Positions 51,576 to 62,008 of a stretch of 64,000 nt of DNA are shown here, piece after piece (positions within the stretch are counted from its first letter, which is position 1; each line of letters starts with the position of its first letter). Under the pieces are notes generated by a model, which was given only the letters and a program-made list of their open reading frames with translations, made no database searches and was not told the origin of the DNA. This stretch comes from Nitrospiraceae bacterium (GTDB lineage: Bacteria > Nitrospirota > Nitrospiria > Nitrospirales > Nitrospiraceae): the NCBI GenBank assembly GCA_050246315.1, contig JBFWWG010000014.1, positions 1 to 64,000 on the forward strand. Reading direction: 5' to 3'. Position numbers and translations under genes: made by a program.

Positions 51576-54155
51576 TCAACCGACATCCCCGAGCGCCAGT
51601 TTCGCCTGCCATCGTCGCATCATGGCATCTCGCAACGCTTGATGCTCCGGCGCCGACAACCTCGGATCCTGCTGCAACAGCGCAAAAGCCTCCTTGCGCG
51701 CCTGCTCCAACAAGGCTGCGTCGCGCACGAGGTTGGCGACGCGAAAATCCGGAAGCCCCCATTGGCGTGTGCCGAACAGTTCGCCCGGCCCGCGAATCCG
51801 AAGATCTTCCTCCGCGATCACAAACCCGTCGGTCGAGCGGAGCAACGCGTCCAGCCGCTGGCGCGCCGGTGAAACCTGGTCACGCGGTTGCGGTGCGTCA
51901 CTCCGGCCGCCCATGTGGGCTCCTGCAGCCCCACTGAGGAGCAGGCAATAGGATTGTTGTGCGCCTCGACCTACTCGGCCGCGCAGTTGATGCAATTGGG
52001 CCAGCCCGAAGCGCTCGGCATGTTCGATCACCATCACCGAGGCGTTCGGTACATCCACCCCCACTTCAATGACGGTTGTCGCCACTAATACCTGGATTTG
52101 CCCGGCCTTGAACGCTGCCATGGTCGCGGTCCGCTCCTCTGCCTTCAATCGGCCATGGACCAGGCCCACGCGATGGTCTGCAAATTCCTCTTGTTGCAGA
52201 CGATCGGCCGCTTGTATCGCGGCCTCCAGATCGAGCTTTTCGGATTCCTCGACCAAGGGATACACCACATAGGCCTGGCGACCCGCCTTGATCTCATCTC
52301 GAACCACCTGATAGGCCCGGCGCCGGTGGGATTGATGAAAGGCCAAGGTCCGAATGGGTTTGCGTCCCGGCGGCAAGCTGTCGATGACCGAGACATCCAA
52401 GTCACCGTAAACGGTCATCGCGAGAGTCCGAGGAATCGGCGTGGCCGTCAAGACCAGCACGTCCGGTTGATAGCCCTTCTCGGTCAAAGTTTTTCGCTGT
52501 AACACCCCGAACCGATGCTGCTCATCGATCACGACGAGCCCCAATCGCGAGAACCGGACATGGGATTGGACCAGCGCGTGTGTCCCGATGACGACCTGCG
52601 CCCCGCCGTCGGCAACCTGTGCAAGGCGCTCCTTCCGCAATTGCCCTCGCTCCTTGCCGCATAGGAGGACGGAGGACAGCCCGAGGCGATCGAGCAACCC
52701 TCGTAAATTCAGATAGTGCTGTTCGGCCAGCAGTTCGGTCGGCACCATCAGAGCCGCCTGGTGACCCGACGCACAGGCGGCCACCAGGGCATGCAATGCC
52801 ACGACCGTCTTCCCGCTGCCGACATCGCCTTGGAGCAGCCGATTCATGGGCTGGGGTGAAGCCATGTCTGCAAGAATGTCACGAATCACCCGCTCCTGCG
52901 CGGTCGTCAGTCGGAAGGGCAGGATGGCTCGCAGACGTTGCAGGATCGCAGGAGCCTCCTGGCTGCGCAGCAGCTTCTCCTCCCGCCGTACCTCTTGATG
53001 CCGATCGGCAAGCGCCAATTCCAGCAGGAAAAGTTCCTCGAACGCCAACCGCCGATGGGCTGGACTGATGCCTCGATCCAGTTCCTCCAGCCGCAGCGGC
53101 TCCACCGGACGGTGCACCCATTGGAGCGCATCGGGCATCCTCATGAGCTTCTGTCTGGCTTCGATTGCGCGCGGAAGAATGTTGATAACATCCGCCAGAC
53201 TGGCGTGAAGCACCTGATCGATCAGCGCCCGCATCTGGCGCGAACTCCAGCCGCGGGTCTCGTGGTAGATGGGTACGACACGGCCGATATGGAGAGTGGC
53301 GGGACTCGTCGGCAGGCTCATGTGATCGATCGGCCCAGTTGGATTGACCGATTCGATCCGCTCGTACTCCTCTACTTCCATACGGAGATCCAGCCAACCT
53401 CGCCTCCCGATCACAACCCGGCCGAGCAACAACACAGGAGTACCGGCGGCCAACTGCTCTTCCAGATAGGGTTGATTGAAGAAAAGGGCGATGAGCTGAC
53501 CGGTCGCGTCCTCGACTGAGACTTCCAAAATCGACAATCGCCGGTGGGGGATTTTCTTGAGGTGGGTCCCTCGAACCGTTCCGCAAATGATCCCGCGCGT
53601 ACCGGGCGTCAGCCGGTTGATGCGGGTCAGCCGAGACCGGTCTTCATACCTCCAAGGGAGAGACCAGCACAGGTCCTCCACGGTGACGATGCCCAAGCGA
53701 CTCAGCACGCTGGCTCGCTTGGGACCCACCCCCTTGAGAAATTGTACGGCCCGTTCCCAGAGGGAACGTCGGGGCCCTGACACCTCGTCGGAAGAGTTCG
53801 CGACGGTCACCGGAGGCAAGGCAGTGCCTTCCAGAGCCACCTCATCCCGTCCCGATCTCAACTGACGTACTAAGAGCCGCCCCTGTTGGACTCGTCGTTT
53901 GCGCTCTTCAGAATCGGCCGTTTGATCGAAATCCTCGAAGAGTTGCCTGAGGACCAAGAGCTTGATCTCCACCGGCACGGCATGCGGTCCTTTCGCCAAC
54001 GCCTGCAAGACCTGCTCGCAGACAAAAGGCCCAAGGCTCTTGACTCCGTGAACATGTGCGTAATTATCGCGCGCCGCAAACTCGATCGGCCGAGTCAACC
54101 GGTGGAGAATCTCATTTAGCTCTGTTGCGGACGCTGGAGATGTGGGCGGCTGCAC
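51576..54155 (-). CDS. recG: ATP-dependent DNA helicase RecG
   Basis: LKGVGP wedge domain, QGDVGSGKT, DEQHRFG, TATPIPRTL, QLHQLRGRVGRG; N-terminal extension. Start uncertain. Confidence 0.96.
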   Translation of the reverse strand: MQPPTSPASATELNEILHRLTRPIEFAARDNYAHVHGVKSLGPFVCEQVLQALAKGPHAVPVEIKLLVLRQLFEDFDQTADSEERKRRVQQGRLLVRQLRSGRDEVALEGTALPPVTVANSSDEVSGPRRSLWERAVQFLKGVGPKRASVLSRLGIVTVEDLCWSLPWRYEDRSRLTRINRLTPGTRGIICGTVRGTHLKKIPHRRLSILEVSVEDATGQLIALFFNQPYLEEQLAAGTPVLLLGRVVIGRRGWLDLRMEVEEYERIESVNPTGPIDHMSLPTSPATLHIGRVVPIYHETRGWSSRQMRALIDQVLHASLADVINILPRAIEARQKLMRMPDALQWVHRPVEPLRLEELDRGISPAHRRLAFEELFLLELALADRHQEVRREEKLLRSQEAPAILQRLRAILPFRLTTAQERVIRDILADMASPQPMNRLLQGDVGSGKTVVALHALVAACASGHQAALMVPTELLAEQHYLNLRGLLDRLGLSSVLLCGKERGQLRKERLAQVADGGAQVVIGTHALVQSHVRFSRLGLVVIDEQHRFGVLQRKTLTEKGYQPDVLVLTATPIPRTLAMTVYGDLDVSVIDSLPPGRKPIRTLAFHQSHRRRAYQVVRDEIKAGRQAYVVYPLVEESEKLDLEAAIQAADRLQQEEFADHRVGLVHGRLKAEERTATMAAFKAGQIQVLVATTVIEVGVDVPNASVMVIEHAERFGLAQLHQLRGRVGRGAQQSYCLLLSGAAGAHMGGRSDAPQPRDQVSPARQRLDALLRSTDGFVIAEEDLRIRGPGELFGTRQWGLPDFRVANLVRDAALLEQARKEAFALLQQDPRLSAPEHQALRDAMMRRWQAKLALGDVG

Positions 54156-54364
54156 CGGGTGCTTCCAGGAGCGTGAGCCTCAACCATCTTGGTTGGGACC
54201 GCATCGTAGCATAGGGTCGGAGGCTGTACAACGAGACCGTCCGCCAGGCGCCAGAGGAGGATGGAAGATTGCGTATGAGGCCGGGCGTGCATCCTCATTT
54301 CGGAGATTTGTTCGACAGGTGCAGAAACATTGCTACACTACGGCACAGATCAGTAGGAGTCCTC

Positions 54365-55828
54365 ATGTATCGACGGAATATTTCACACATCCTCAGTTCA
54401 GTGGGGATCGTCTTGGTTCTGTTCGTCGTGTATCATGCGTGGGTCAAGCCGGTCTATCTTCCTCCATCCGAACCGACTCCCGCTCCGCCGTCGGCAAGCG
54501 ACAAGCCGGAGACGGATTCGCCCCCTCCTCCTTCCTCGATCGAGCAGGATCAGGTCCGCGAACAACGGAGACAGATGCGTCTGCTCGCTCCCGGCAATCC
54601 GCCGGCCAATCACCAGTACGCCGAGCTCTTACAAGAAGCGCAGGAGGAGTTGGAGAAGCGTCAGGCTCGCAGCGCACAGACCAAACTAATGACATTGCCG
54701 CCGACGGCCTTGGCGGAGGCCAAGGTCGCGCGGTATGCGGCGGCACTCTGGAATAACCTCGGCCTGGAGCATGAGCGGACCGGGAATATGAAGGCAGCGG
54801 CACAGGCCTACGCCAAGGCCGTCTCGATCGAACCGGCCAACCGAATAGCCCTGCTCAATCTGGCCCATGCCTATTGGGTCCAACGAGACCCACAGCTCAC
54901 ACGCGAATTGCTCGATCGCATCATCGCCCTCGCTCCGGATGAGCCCTTCCCACACATGGCCCTGGCGGACCTGTTGCAGGAACAGGACCGGCTTGCAGAG
55001 GCGGCTGAACATTTGGATCAGGCCGCCAAGCGAGCGCACCAGGACCCCGGCTTACACTCCTATCTGAAAGCGGTGACCGCCAAGGTGAACCGGACAGTAC
55101 AGGTCGAACAGCCGTTCGCGACTCAGTCGTCCACCCACTTCACCGTGAAATGGGATGGAGAGGAAGACCAGACCACCTGGATGGCGGTGCTGGATATTCT
55201 CGAAGAGGCCTATCGGGAGATCGGGCAACGTCTGGGCTATTTCCCTCAGAAGCCGATCCTCGTCGTGCTCCACACCAAAGCCACCTTTCAAGCGGCCACG
55301 GGCAGTCCGGCCTGGGCGGACGGACTCTTTGACCCTACTCTAGGGCGCATTCAGATCCCCACTCGAGGGGCACTGATGGACCGACCCTGGCTGACGCGGG
55401 TGGTGAGGCACGAGTTTGTCCATGCGTTGCTGCACGAACGGTTGGGCCCGGAAGCCGGCGGTCTCCCGACCTGGCTGAATGAAGGCCTGGCGATGCAGCT
55501 CGCTGGCGACCCCTGGCCCGATCTCGATCAGGTGCTGAGCGGCGTCGCCGCCGGCGAGATTAAGCTGATCCCGTTGAACATGCTGGAGGGGGGCTGGAGC
55601 CGTTTTCCGGGAGAACTGGCACTTGTCGCCTACCTGGAAGCTAACTCAGCAACCGGCTACCTGATTGACCGCTTTGGAATGGAAAAGGTCCGAGAGTTAC
55701 TCGCGGTCCTCAAATCACACCAAGGTTTCTCAGGTGCAATCGAGGATCGCCTCTACCTTCCCTACGATCAGTTCCAACGCCAATGGGTTGATTCAATCAA
55801 CGCACGGATAGGCAAAGCCAACGGGTAG
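54365..55828 (+). CDS. TPR + peptidase MA-like (HExxH) membrane-anchored protein
   Basis: N-terminal TM helix, TPR motifs, RHEFVHA...PTWLNEGLA. Confidence 0.85.
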   Translation: MYRRNISHILSSVGIVLVLFVVYHAWVKPVYLPPSEPTPAPPSASDKPETDSPPPPSSIEQDQVREQRRQMRLLAPGNPPANHQYAELLQEAQEELEKRQARSAQTKLMTLPPTALAEAKVARYAAALWNNLGLEHERTGNMKAAAQAYAKAVSIEPANRIALLNLAHAYWVQRDPQLTRELLDRIIALAPDEPFPHMALADLLQEQDRLAEAAEHLDQAAKRAHQDPGLHSYLKAVTAKVNRTVQVEQPFATQSSTHFTVKWDGEEDQTTWMAVLDILEEAYREIGQRLGYFPQKPILVVLHTKATFQAATGSPAWADGLFDPTLGRIQIPTRGALMDRPWLTRVVRHEFVHALLHERLGPEAGGLPTWLNEGLAMQLAGDPWPDLDQVLSGVAAGEIKLIPLNMLEGGWSRFPGELALVAYLEANSATGYLIDRFGMEKVRELLAVLKSHQGFSGAIEDRLYLPYDQFQRQWVDSINARIGKANG

Positions 55829-56702
55829 GTCGCTCGCAAGCCGCACCGCGATGATCATCCATAACGCCGATATTCCATGCCCACAATTTACCTGGACGGG
55901 ACTGCCGAACCGGCCAACCAGGGATGAGTTGCGCACGCTCCGGCTCATCCGCAGCCACCCCCTCCACCTCATCGCGGGTAGACAGCCTATCCGTCCAGAT
56001 CAGCTCCTCCGTTTCTCGATCATAAGATCGGACGATCACCTCATAATCTCGATTATCTGATTCCGTCTCATTTCGATCCGTTTGCGACTCCGACGCCACG
56101 CGTTCCGACTGGTCCTTCCTCGGCGTGAACGTCTGGCGCCACACCGGCTGACCACTGAGGCGATCCACGGCCTGGACGATCAGGCTCGATTCCACTGTTG
56201 AGAGGGACGCATCCCTGATCAGTCTCAACCGGCGGCTTGGCCTCAGACCGCCGGCCCCGGTTTGTTGGCGAGGATCGCCGCTGCCCGGTGTGACAAAGTT
56301 GAGATTGCCTTGCCAAAGATAGCCTCCGCTGCGCGCGTCATACACCCGCATCGGAAACTCCGAGATCGTCTGCGAATCCAAGTAGGCCGCCCCGGCAAAG
56401 ACCCTGTCGCCGCTCGTGTCGCTCTTCTTGGGATCTTCCCCCACGACATTCAGCTCGAACCGTTCCTCCGAAAGCGGATCCCCGGTCCCTGCATCGTACG
56501 TACGGATTCGGATCAGAGATGTACTCCCCTGCTGATACCCGAATCCTACAGCGACGACACGGGCCGGCATCGCTCCCTCGTGCACGGATTCTGATTTCGT
56601 CTGGGTCGCAAGAGCCGGAGCAAGCGTTGGTCCCGCCCACGCGGGAGCGGTGAGCAGCACCAGGACCGGCAGGATCCGAAAGACTGTGAGCCAGTTTCGC
56701 AT
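55797..56702 (-). CDS. exported hypothetical protein
   Basis: Signal peptide ending AWA; repeated YDAxxGxxLW motifs. Confidence 0.7.
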   Translation of the reverse strand: MRNWLTVFRILPVLVLLTAPAWAGPTLAPALATQTKSESVHEGAMPARVVAVGFGYQQGSTSLIRIRTYDAGTGDPLSEERFELNVVGEDPKKSDTSGDRVFAGAAYLDSQTISEFPMRVYDARSGGYLWQGNLNFVTPGSGDPRQQTGAGGLRPSRRLRLIRDASLSTVESSLIVQAVDRLSGQPVWRQTFTPRKDQSERVASESQTDRNETESDNRDYEVIVRSYDRETEELIWTDRLSTRDEVEGVAADEPERAQLIPGWPVRQSRPGKLWAWNIGVMDDHRGAACERPTRWLCLSVR

Positions 56703-56885
56703 GGCCGAAGCCTTTCTGTTTGGAGTTGTCCCAAAGGTCATGGCGTCTACCGCGCCTCTCACTGAATGGGAATAAGGCTCAGTGTGCCCGGACGCGCACC
56801 ACAGGGTAAATTCCACCGAGGTACGTTCTCCACCTAGAAAGGGCTATGCGTCGGCAGTCAGACCGAAGGTGGATGGAACACCTGA

Positions 56886-57006
56886 CACGAGGTTGAAAAA
56901 GTCCGCCAGCTTTGTTTTCGGATCACTCTGAGGCTCAACGTACGAAGAGTGTGCCTCGTCTCCTCACTCGCTGCTGCCTCGTTGGACGGACTTTTTGACC
57001 ATCCTG
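56886..57006. mobile_element. MITE-like element (20248 family, inverted)
   Basis: gttgaaaaagtccgccagctttgtt...ggactttttgaccatcctg. Confidence 0.7.
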
Positions 57007-57155
57007 CAGGGGGATTTCTGAGGTCGCCCGTGGTCGCTCGCCGTACCGGCCTTCACAGGTGCTCGGAAGGCATTTCAACAGCCTACAAGATCGGCATTCT
57101 TGGAAATTCCTCAAAAGTACGGGGTGGCAGACGCGAATGCTGGGATCGAGTCGCG

Positions 57156-57557
57156 TCAGGCCGAACTGGGGGGCTTCACAGCACCAAACCAACGGTATCG
57201 GTGGCGAGCCAGCAGACGATAGGCCATCAGGGCGAGCCTTCGGATCGGGCGGAGTCTCAGCACCTGGGAGAGGAATCGACCATTCTGAAGATGCGGGAGC
57301 AATTCGACAAACGCATCAAGACCTTGATGAACGGTACCATCTCCAGCGATGAACAAGGCGACCTCTGGACGGGCGCGCCCTACTAAATCGCCCAACAGGA
57401 TCCCCGCATCTCGGCCCTGGTAGGGAAGATAGACAATGCGGCGCCCATCCCTCTTGCGCCAGCCTTCGAGATGAGTCTTCGCGGCGACACACATGCGGCA
57501 TTCGCCGTCATAGATCAAGACGCATGTCTGGGAGTGATCCGGCAGGTCGGAGGGCAT
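57156..57557 (-). CDS. DCC/DUF393 thiol-disulfide oxidoreductase family
   Basis: LIYDGECRMC; AYRLLARHRYRWFG. Confidence 0.88.
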   Translation of the reverse strand: MPSDLPDHSQTCVLIYDGECRMCVAAKTHLEGWRKRDGRRIVYLPYQGRDAGILLGDLVGRARPEVALFIAGDGTVHQGLDAFVELLPHLQNGRFLSQVLRLRPIRRLALMAYRLLARHRYRWFGAVKPPSSA

Positions 57558-57669
57558 GTGTCAGCATGACAGACCGGTTCATCGACCCGCAAGACTTGGG
57601 AACGAGCCGCTGGTTGATCGAGACGCCGATGCCTTGCGGTACGCGGGCCCTCCCCGGTAGCATGCGTCC

Positions 57670-58080
57670 ATGACTACCAGGCATGTCGTGATGGCTGTTC
57701 TGGCGGCATTGATGGCAACGGCCGGCCTAGTGCGATTCAGTGCTCCCGTCCCAGCCGGGCAGGCTCCGATCGTACTGACAATGTGGAATATGTTCCTCTT
57801 CGGCATCCCGACTCTCTTGATCGGGGCCCTGTTGGCGCGGCAACGGTGGGCGTTGATGGCCGCTGTGATCTATGGAACGGTGGGATTGGCCCTGGATATC
57901 TCCACCCTCGTGTATGTGCTGACCCACGAGACGGAAGGCCAGTTCTACGGTTTGGCGGTCAGCCTCTCCGCACTCCTGAATTTCCTGTTGATCGCCTACG
58001 GCGGCAAGGGATTCCTCTCCGTCATCGACTCAGGGACGCTTCCAAGAGACCGCCCTCCCAGTCACCCGTCCCCCTTTTGA
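57670..58080 (+). CDS. small integral membrane protein
   Basis: About four hydrophobic helices in 136 aa. Confidence 0.65.
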   Translation: MTTRHVVMAVLAALMATAGLVRFSAPVPAGQAPIVLTMWNMFLFGIPTLLIGALLARQRWALMAAVIYGTVGLALDISTLVYVLTHETEGQFYGLAVSLSALLNFLLIAYGGKGFLSVIDSGTLPRDRPPSHPSPF

Positions 58081-59041
58081 CGTTGATCGATTTGATCCGT
58101 CTGAATCCGGCCTGTCGCAACCATCCCGCCGTCTCCGACAACGAGTAGGTATCGCCCTGCTCGGTGCAGAGCAACATCGTCCCGGCAAACAGATTGGCCT
58201 CCGTCGGGCGCAGTCCTTCTCGATCCAACAAAAACGCGTCCTGAATAATCAGACGACCACCAGGATTCAGAGCCGGCACCAATCGCTTGAACAGGGCCTG
58301 ATTCTCTTCGGGCGAATAGATGTGCAACACATTCGAATACCAGATGACGTCGTATTGCCCCGGCACCTCGGCCTCCATGAAGTTCAACGGCAGGTAGGAG
58401 AGCCGAGCGCCACCCTTGTGTGTGGCGGCAATCTCCCTGGCGACCTCCAAGGCCGGAGCCCGATCGCAGAGGGTAGCGCGCAAGCGAGCCTGACGTGCAA
58501 GGAACTCCAGGGCATACGTGCCGGGACCTCCACCCAGATCCAGCAGGGTCTTGACTCCTTTCAACGGCACGTGGGCAGCCACCCGCGGAGCGGTGTCCAC
58601 CGATCGATAATGCATGGCCCAAGTGAACTGCCGGCGATAGACCGGATCGTCCGGACTCGTATCCGGATCGACCTCCCGGCCGGTTCTGACCGCTTCCGTC
58701 AATCGAGACCAGGTCGCCCATCCCTCGCGAAGCAATTCGAGATAGGCCTGCCGGTACTGTGGGCTCTTCGCGTTGAGCTCGACGGCCCCCACACGGCTGT
58801 TGCGATAGCGGTCCCCTTTCTTGATCAAGAGTCCGGCGCTGGCCAGGTTTCGGCACAGGATGCGCAGGCCCCGTTCGCTTGCCGACACCTGTTTCGCCAA
58901 CTCCGGGATCGACCAGATCCCCGTTCCAATGTGGGTAAACAGGTCCAATTCGAGCGCCGTCAGAATCAGGCGAGGCAGACGATATTCGGTGACGGCAACG
59001 CGAAAATCCTCGAACGTCCGAATACCGGGCTCATGTTTCAT
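58022..59041 (-). CDS. O-methyltransferase (dimerisation + Methyltransf_2 domains)
   Basis: ALELDLF, LLDLGGGPG, SNVLH, LNPGGRLII. Confidence 0.88.
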   Translation of the reverse strand: MKHEPGIRTFEDFRVAVTEYRLPRLILTALELDLFTHIGTGIWSIPELAKQVSASERGLRILCRNLASAGLLIKKGDRYRNSRVGAVELNAKSPQYRQAYLELLREGWATWSRLTEAVRTGREVDPDTSPDDPVYRRQFTWAMHYRSVDTAPRVAAHVPLKGVKTLLDLGGGPGTYALEFLARQARLRATLCDRAPALEVAREIAATHKGGARLSYLPLNFMEAEVPGQYDVIWYSNVLHIYSPEENQALFKRLVPALNPGGRLIIQDAFLLDREGLRPTEANLFAGTMLLCTEQGDTYSLSETAGWLRQAGFRRIKSINVKRGTGDWEGGLLEASLSR

Positions 59042-59126
59042 GTGCATCCTCACAAATCCGTCCACTATTACAAGGCGTCTGCGATCGAAAGGCGGGAGCT
59101 ATCTTGAGTCGTGGGCTCAAGGGCAT

Positions 59127-59564
59127 TCATGCGCGGAGTTGTTGGCGGCACCAGCGAAGCAGATCGAACACCGCCTCCGGCTTCTGGAAATCGACGGAGC
59201 GGGAGAACTGCACCGCGACAAAATGTTCGTTGATCTCCGTCCGCTCAGCGAATCCCGATTGCAGCAGCAGCGCACGATACTTCGAGACCGTGCGATTCAT
59301 CAAGGTCTTGGCCTGCTTGGCCAGCTCGTCGGTCGGGAGATCCTCACAGGTGCCTTCCGAGAGCAGACTTTTCAGGTCATCCAAATCCATACCGGTTTGG
59401 CAGATGAGCTGCCCGTCCGGCAATAGTTCAAGCATCCATCCTTCGGCGTTCAAGTCCAGAGCCAGCGCGCCGTCGGGCCCCAGTTCATACACAGCCGGTT
59501 CGGCCTGCACCAACCTCGTCCGCACGTGTTCCCAATCTACTGCATGAGCAGACTCGTGGCTCAT
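59127..59564 (-). CDS. hypothetical protein
   Basis: 145-aa ORF coupled (ATGA overlap) to the upstream TPR gene. Confidence 0.75.
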   Translation of the reverse strand: MSHESAHAVDWEHVRTRLVQAEPAVYELGPDGALALDLNAEGWMLELLPDGQLICQTGMDLDDLKSLLSEGTCEDLPTDELAKQAKTLMNRTVSKYRALLLQSGFAERTEINEHFVAVQFSRSVDFQKPEAVFDLLRWCRQQLRA

Positions 59565-60382
59565 GCCAAAGACCCTGTGCCCGACTGGTGTGGTTCGACG
59601 GATGACTCGGCCAATCGCTGTCGGAGCGCATGCAATCGCCGCGTGTTTTCATCCAGTTTGGGCAAACGATATTTCCGGTCCATGGCGACGACCTGCTCCA
59701 GCAGCTCTGCGGCCTCCCGCAGATGGCCTCGCTCCTCTTGACACTGCGCCATCACATATCGGGCGCCGCCCGCGCGCAATTCATCGCGATGACGCTCCGC
59801 CATCGCGAGACTCGTCCGGCAACAAGCCAGGGCGTCCTCGTAGCGACGTTGAGCCAGATAGGTCCGCCCCTTCATCCGCCAGACATCAGCGATCCCGCCG
59901 AAATTCCCCATGCGCTGCATCAACGCCAGCGATTGCTCATAGTAGTCGAGGGCGCCGATCATGTCGCCGGTTTCTCTGGCAACCAGCCCCAAGTCGGACA
60001 GCAGAACCGCTTTCGCTGCGTAATCCTGGGTCCGATTCATGATATCCAGCGCTTCCAGATAATAGGCGCGTGCACGATCCCACTCCCCTGCATCCGCGCG
60101 CAGGTTGCCCAGATTAGCTAAGGTCGTGCCAATCCCCCGCTCGTCCCCGAGAATCTTTTGTAGCTCCAAGACCTCTTGATAATACGCCTGCGCCGGATCC
60201 CGCCGCCCGCTCACCGCGCAAATGTTTCCAAGATTCCCGAGCGTGGCGACCAACGAACGCCGGTCTCCCGTCAGGCGATGAGACTCCAACGCCTTGATGT
60301 AACAAGTGTAGGCCTCGGTATAACGACCCGCGGCGAAGTACTCGTTCCCTCGTCGATTTAGCTCTTCAGATCCCGTGTGCAT
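59561..60382 (-). CDS. tetratricopeptide repeat protein
   Basis: About six TLxNLGxx...A..YY..AL repeats. Confidence 0.88.
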   Translation of the reverse strand: MHTGSEELNRRGNEYFAAGRYTEAYTCYIKALESHRLTGDRRSLVATLGNLGNICAVSGRRDPAQAYYQEVLELQKILGDERGIGTTLANLGNLRADAGEWDRARAYYLEALDIMNRTQDYAAKAVLLSDLGLVARETGDMIGALDYYEQSLALMQRMGNFGGIADVWRMKGRTYLAQRRYEDALACCRTSLAMAERHRDELRAGGARYVMAQCQEERGHLREAAELLEQVVAMDRKYRLPKLDENTRRLHALRQRLAESSVEPHQSGTGSLA

Positions 60383-60394
60383 GGAGACCGCCGT

Positions 60395-60994
60395 TCAGGC
60401 GTTGAGGCAGGTTTCCACGGCCGTTTTGGCTCCGGTCATGAGCGACATGCCGTCACCGACGAGGATCGTCTCAAATTGGTACTTCAACAGACGCCGCAAT
60501 CCCTCTTTCGCCAAATTGGGATCGGCATATTTCTCGGTCGGAAGCATGGATAACGACCCGGGCGGCCTCCCAATCAAGGCATCGCCGACGATCATGATCC
60601 CCGCGTGCTGTTGAATAAACAGAGCGCACTCCCCGGGGGATTTCTGATCCCGAAGATGCACGGCCCAGATGCCTCCCGGCAAGAGCTCGCCGTCTTTGTA
60701 TGTCCGAGTCGGTGTCACATCCATCTGAGACGCATCGAGTTCCGGCACATACAAATGGCATTGCCAGTCCCTCTGGTAAGCCACGGCCTCGCGAAGATGG
60801 TCGCGGTTGGTCACGACGATGTAGTCGATTCGGCCACCGCGCCGCACTTGGCCGCCCTCCTCAGGAGCGAGAGGAGGCGGATCCACCACAACACGATGTT
60901 CTCCGACAGCGAGCAGCAGGCCGTTGAAATCGAGCTGCTTCTCCGGCGAAAACCAGGACCACTGCCACACGTTCGGAAGAATCGGTTTCAACAT
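60395..60994 (-). CDS. metallo-beta-lactamase-fold protein with degenerate metal site
   Basis: VVVDP, VVTNRDH, KSPGE, VGDAL, ILVGDG. Confidence 0.75.
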   Translation of the reverse strand: MLKPILPNVWQWSWFSPEKQLDFNGLLLAVGEHRVVVDPPPLAPEEGGQVRRGGRIDYIVVTNRDHLREAVAYQRDWQCHLYVPELDASQMDVTPTRTYKDGELLPGGIWAVHLRDQKSPGECALFIQQHAGIMIVGDALIGRPPGSLSMLPTEKYADPNLAKEGLRRLLKYQFETILVGDGMSLMTGAKTAVETCLNA

Positions 60995-61011
60995 GGCATG
61001 ATGTCGGTCGC

Positions 61012-61254
61012 TTACCCCAGTGTGGCCACGGCGTCCCGCACCATCTTCGTCACCTTGGCGCGGATGTCCTGTTCCGCTGCCAGATCGATGATGTCGTCCT
61101 CCGGCACCGTGATGAATTTGCGCGAAGTTCCCTTGGTGAGAGAGATCAAGAACAGGCTGTTTGACGAAGTCGTCGGAATCACAACCTGAACCCCCGCATC
61201 GACATCCCGCACAAGCTCAAGAAACTGTTGTTTCCCCTCATCCATCTCGCTCAT
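61012..61254 (-). CDS. hypothetical protein
   Basis: 80-aa ORF with AAGGA RBS within a minus-strand operon. Confidence 0.7.
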   Translation of the reverse strand: MSEMDEGKQQFLELVRDVDAGVQVVIPTTSSNSLFLISLTKGTSRKFITVPEDDIIDLAAEQDIRAKVTKMVRDAVATLG

Positions 61255-61300
61255 GCAGTTCCTTTCGCTCCGGTCGGTCGAGGGTACCTCACCACGATAC

Positions 61301-61828
61301 TCAGACTCCACCACCGGCCAACAGCTTCTCGACCTCCTGGAGAATCACATCGGCGCCGGCCAAATCCATATTTCCCACACGTTGCCAGCGAATCACTCCT
61401 TGCGGATCAATGACGTAAACGTTGGGGATGAACTTGCCTCCCCCGTACAGCTTGTCCGTGACCTTCTTGGGATCGAGCAAATAGGGGTAGGTGACCTTGA
61501 CAGGAAACTGGGTCAGGAACTCCGCCACATCATTCTTGGAGTTTCCCGAGGAGTTCACCCCGATCACGGCGACGTTCTTGCCATTGGTCGCCTCATGGAC
61601 CTTCTGTAGATTCGTGCCCTGCATCAAGCAGGGTTCGCAGATATGAAACAGACCCAGCACGACGACTTTTCCCTTGAGCGCATCCAAACTCACCGCCTCG
61701 CCAGTGATCGAGGTAAGTGAAAACGCCGGGGCCTTCTCGCCGACCTTGAACAATCCGGCGGCTAACAACGGATGCGCGGCAACGATCGAGAATAGAACCA
61801 CGCTCAGTATGAGGGCGATACGTCTCAT
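61301..61828 (-). CDS. exported TlpA/AhpC-TSA thioredoxin-fold protein
   Basis: Signal peptide; APAFSL, KGKVVVL, CEPC, YVIDPQGVIR; GGAGG RBS. Confidence 0.88.
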   Translation of the reverse strand: MRRIALILSVVLFSIVAAHPLLAAGLFKVGEKAPAFSLTSITGEAVSLDALKGKVVVLGLFHICEPCLMQGTNLQKVHEATNGKNVAVIGVNSSGNSKNDVAEFLTQFPVKVTYPYLLDPKKVTDKLYGGGKFIPNVYVIDPQGVIRWQRVGNMDLAGADVILQEVEKLLAGGGV

Positions 61829-62008
61829 GGCAGCCTCCGATCTGAAGAAGTGATGAGTTCTGCAGGCTGGAGCCTTCCAACTCAACACTCACACCTCCAC
61901 GCTCGGCACTCCGATGAGGGCTATCCTACCATGCAGTTTTTTTCCGGAGCAATGGCGACAGGGCGGGGCGGAGCAGGCGCTGCCGCAAGAAAAGGGAATG
62001 ATCGGTTA

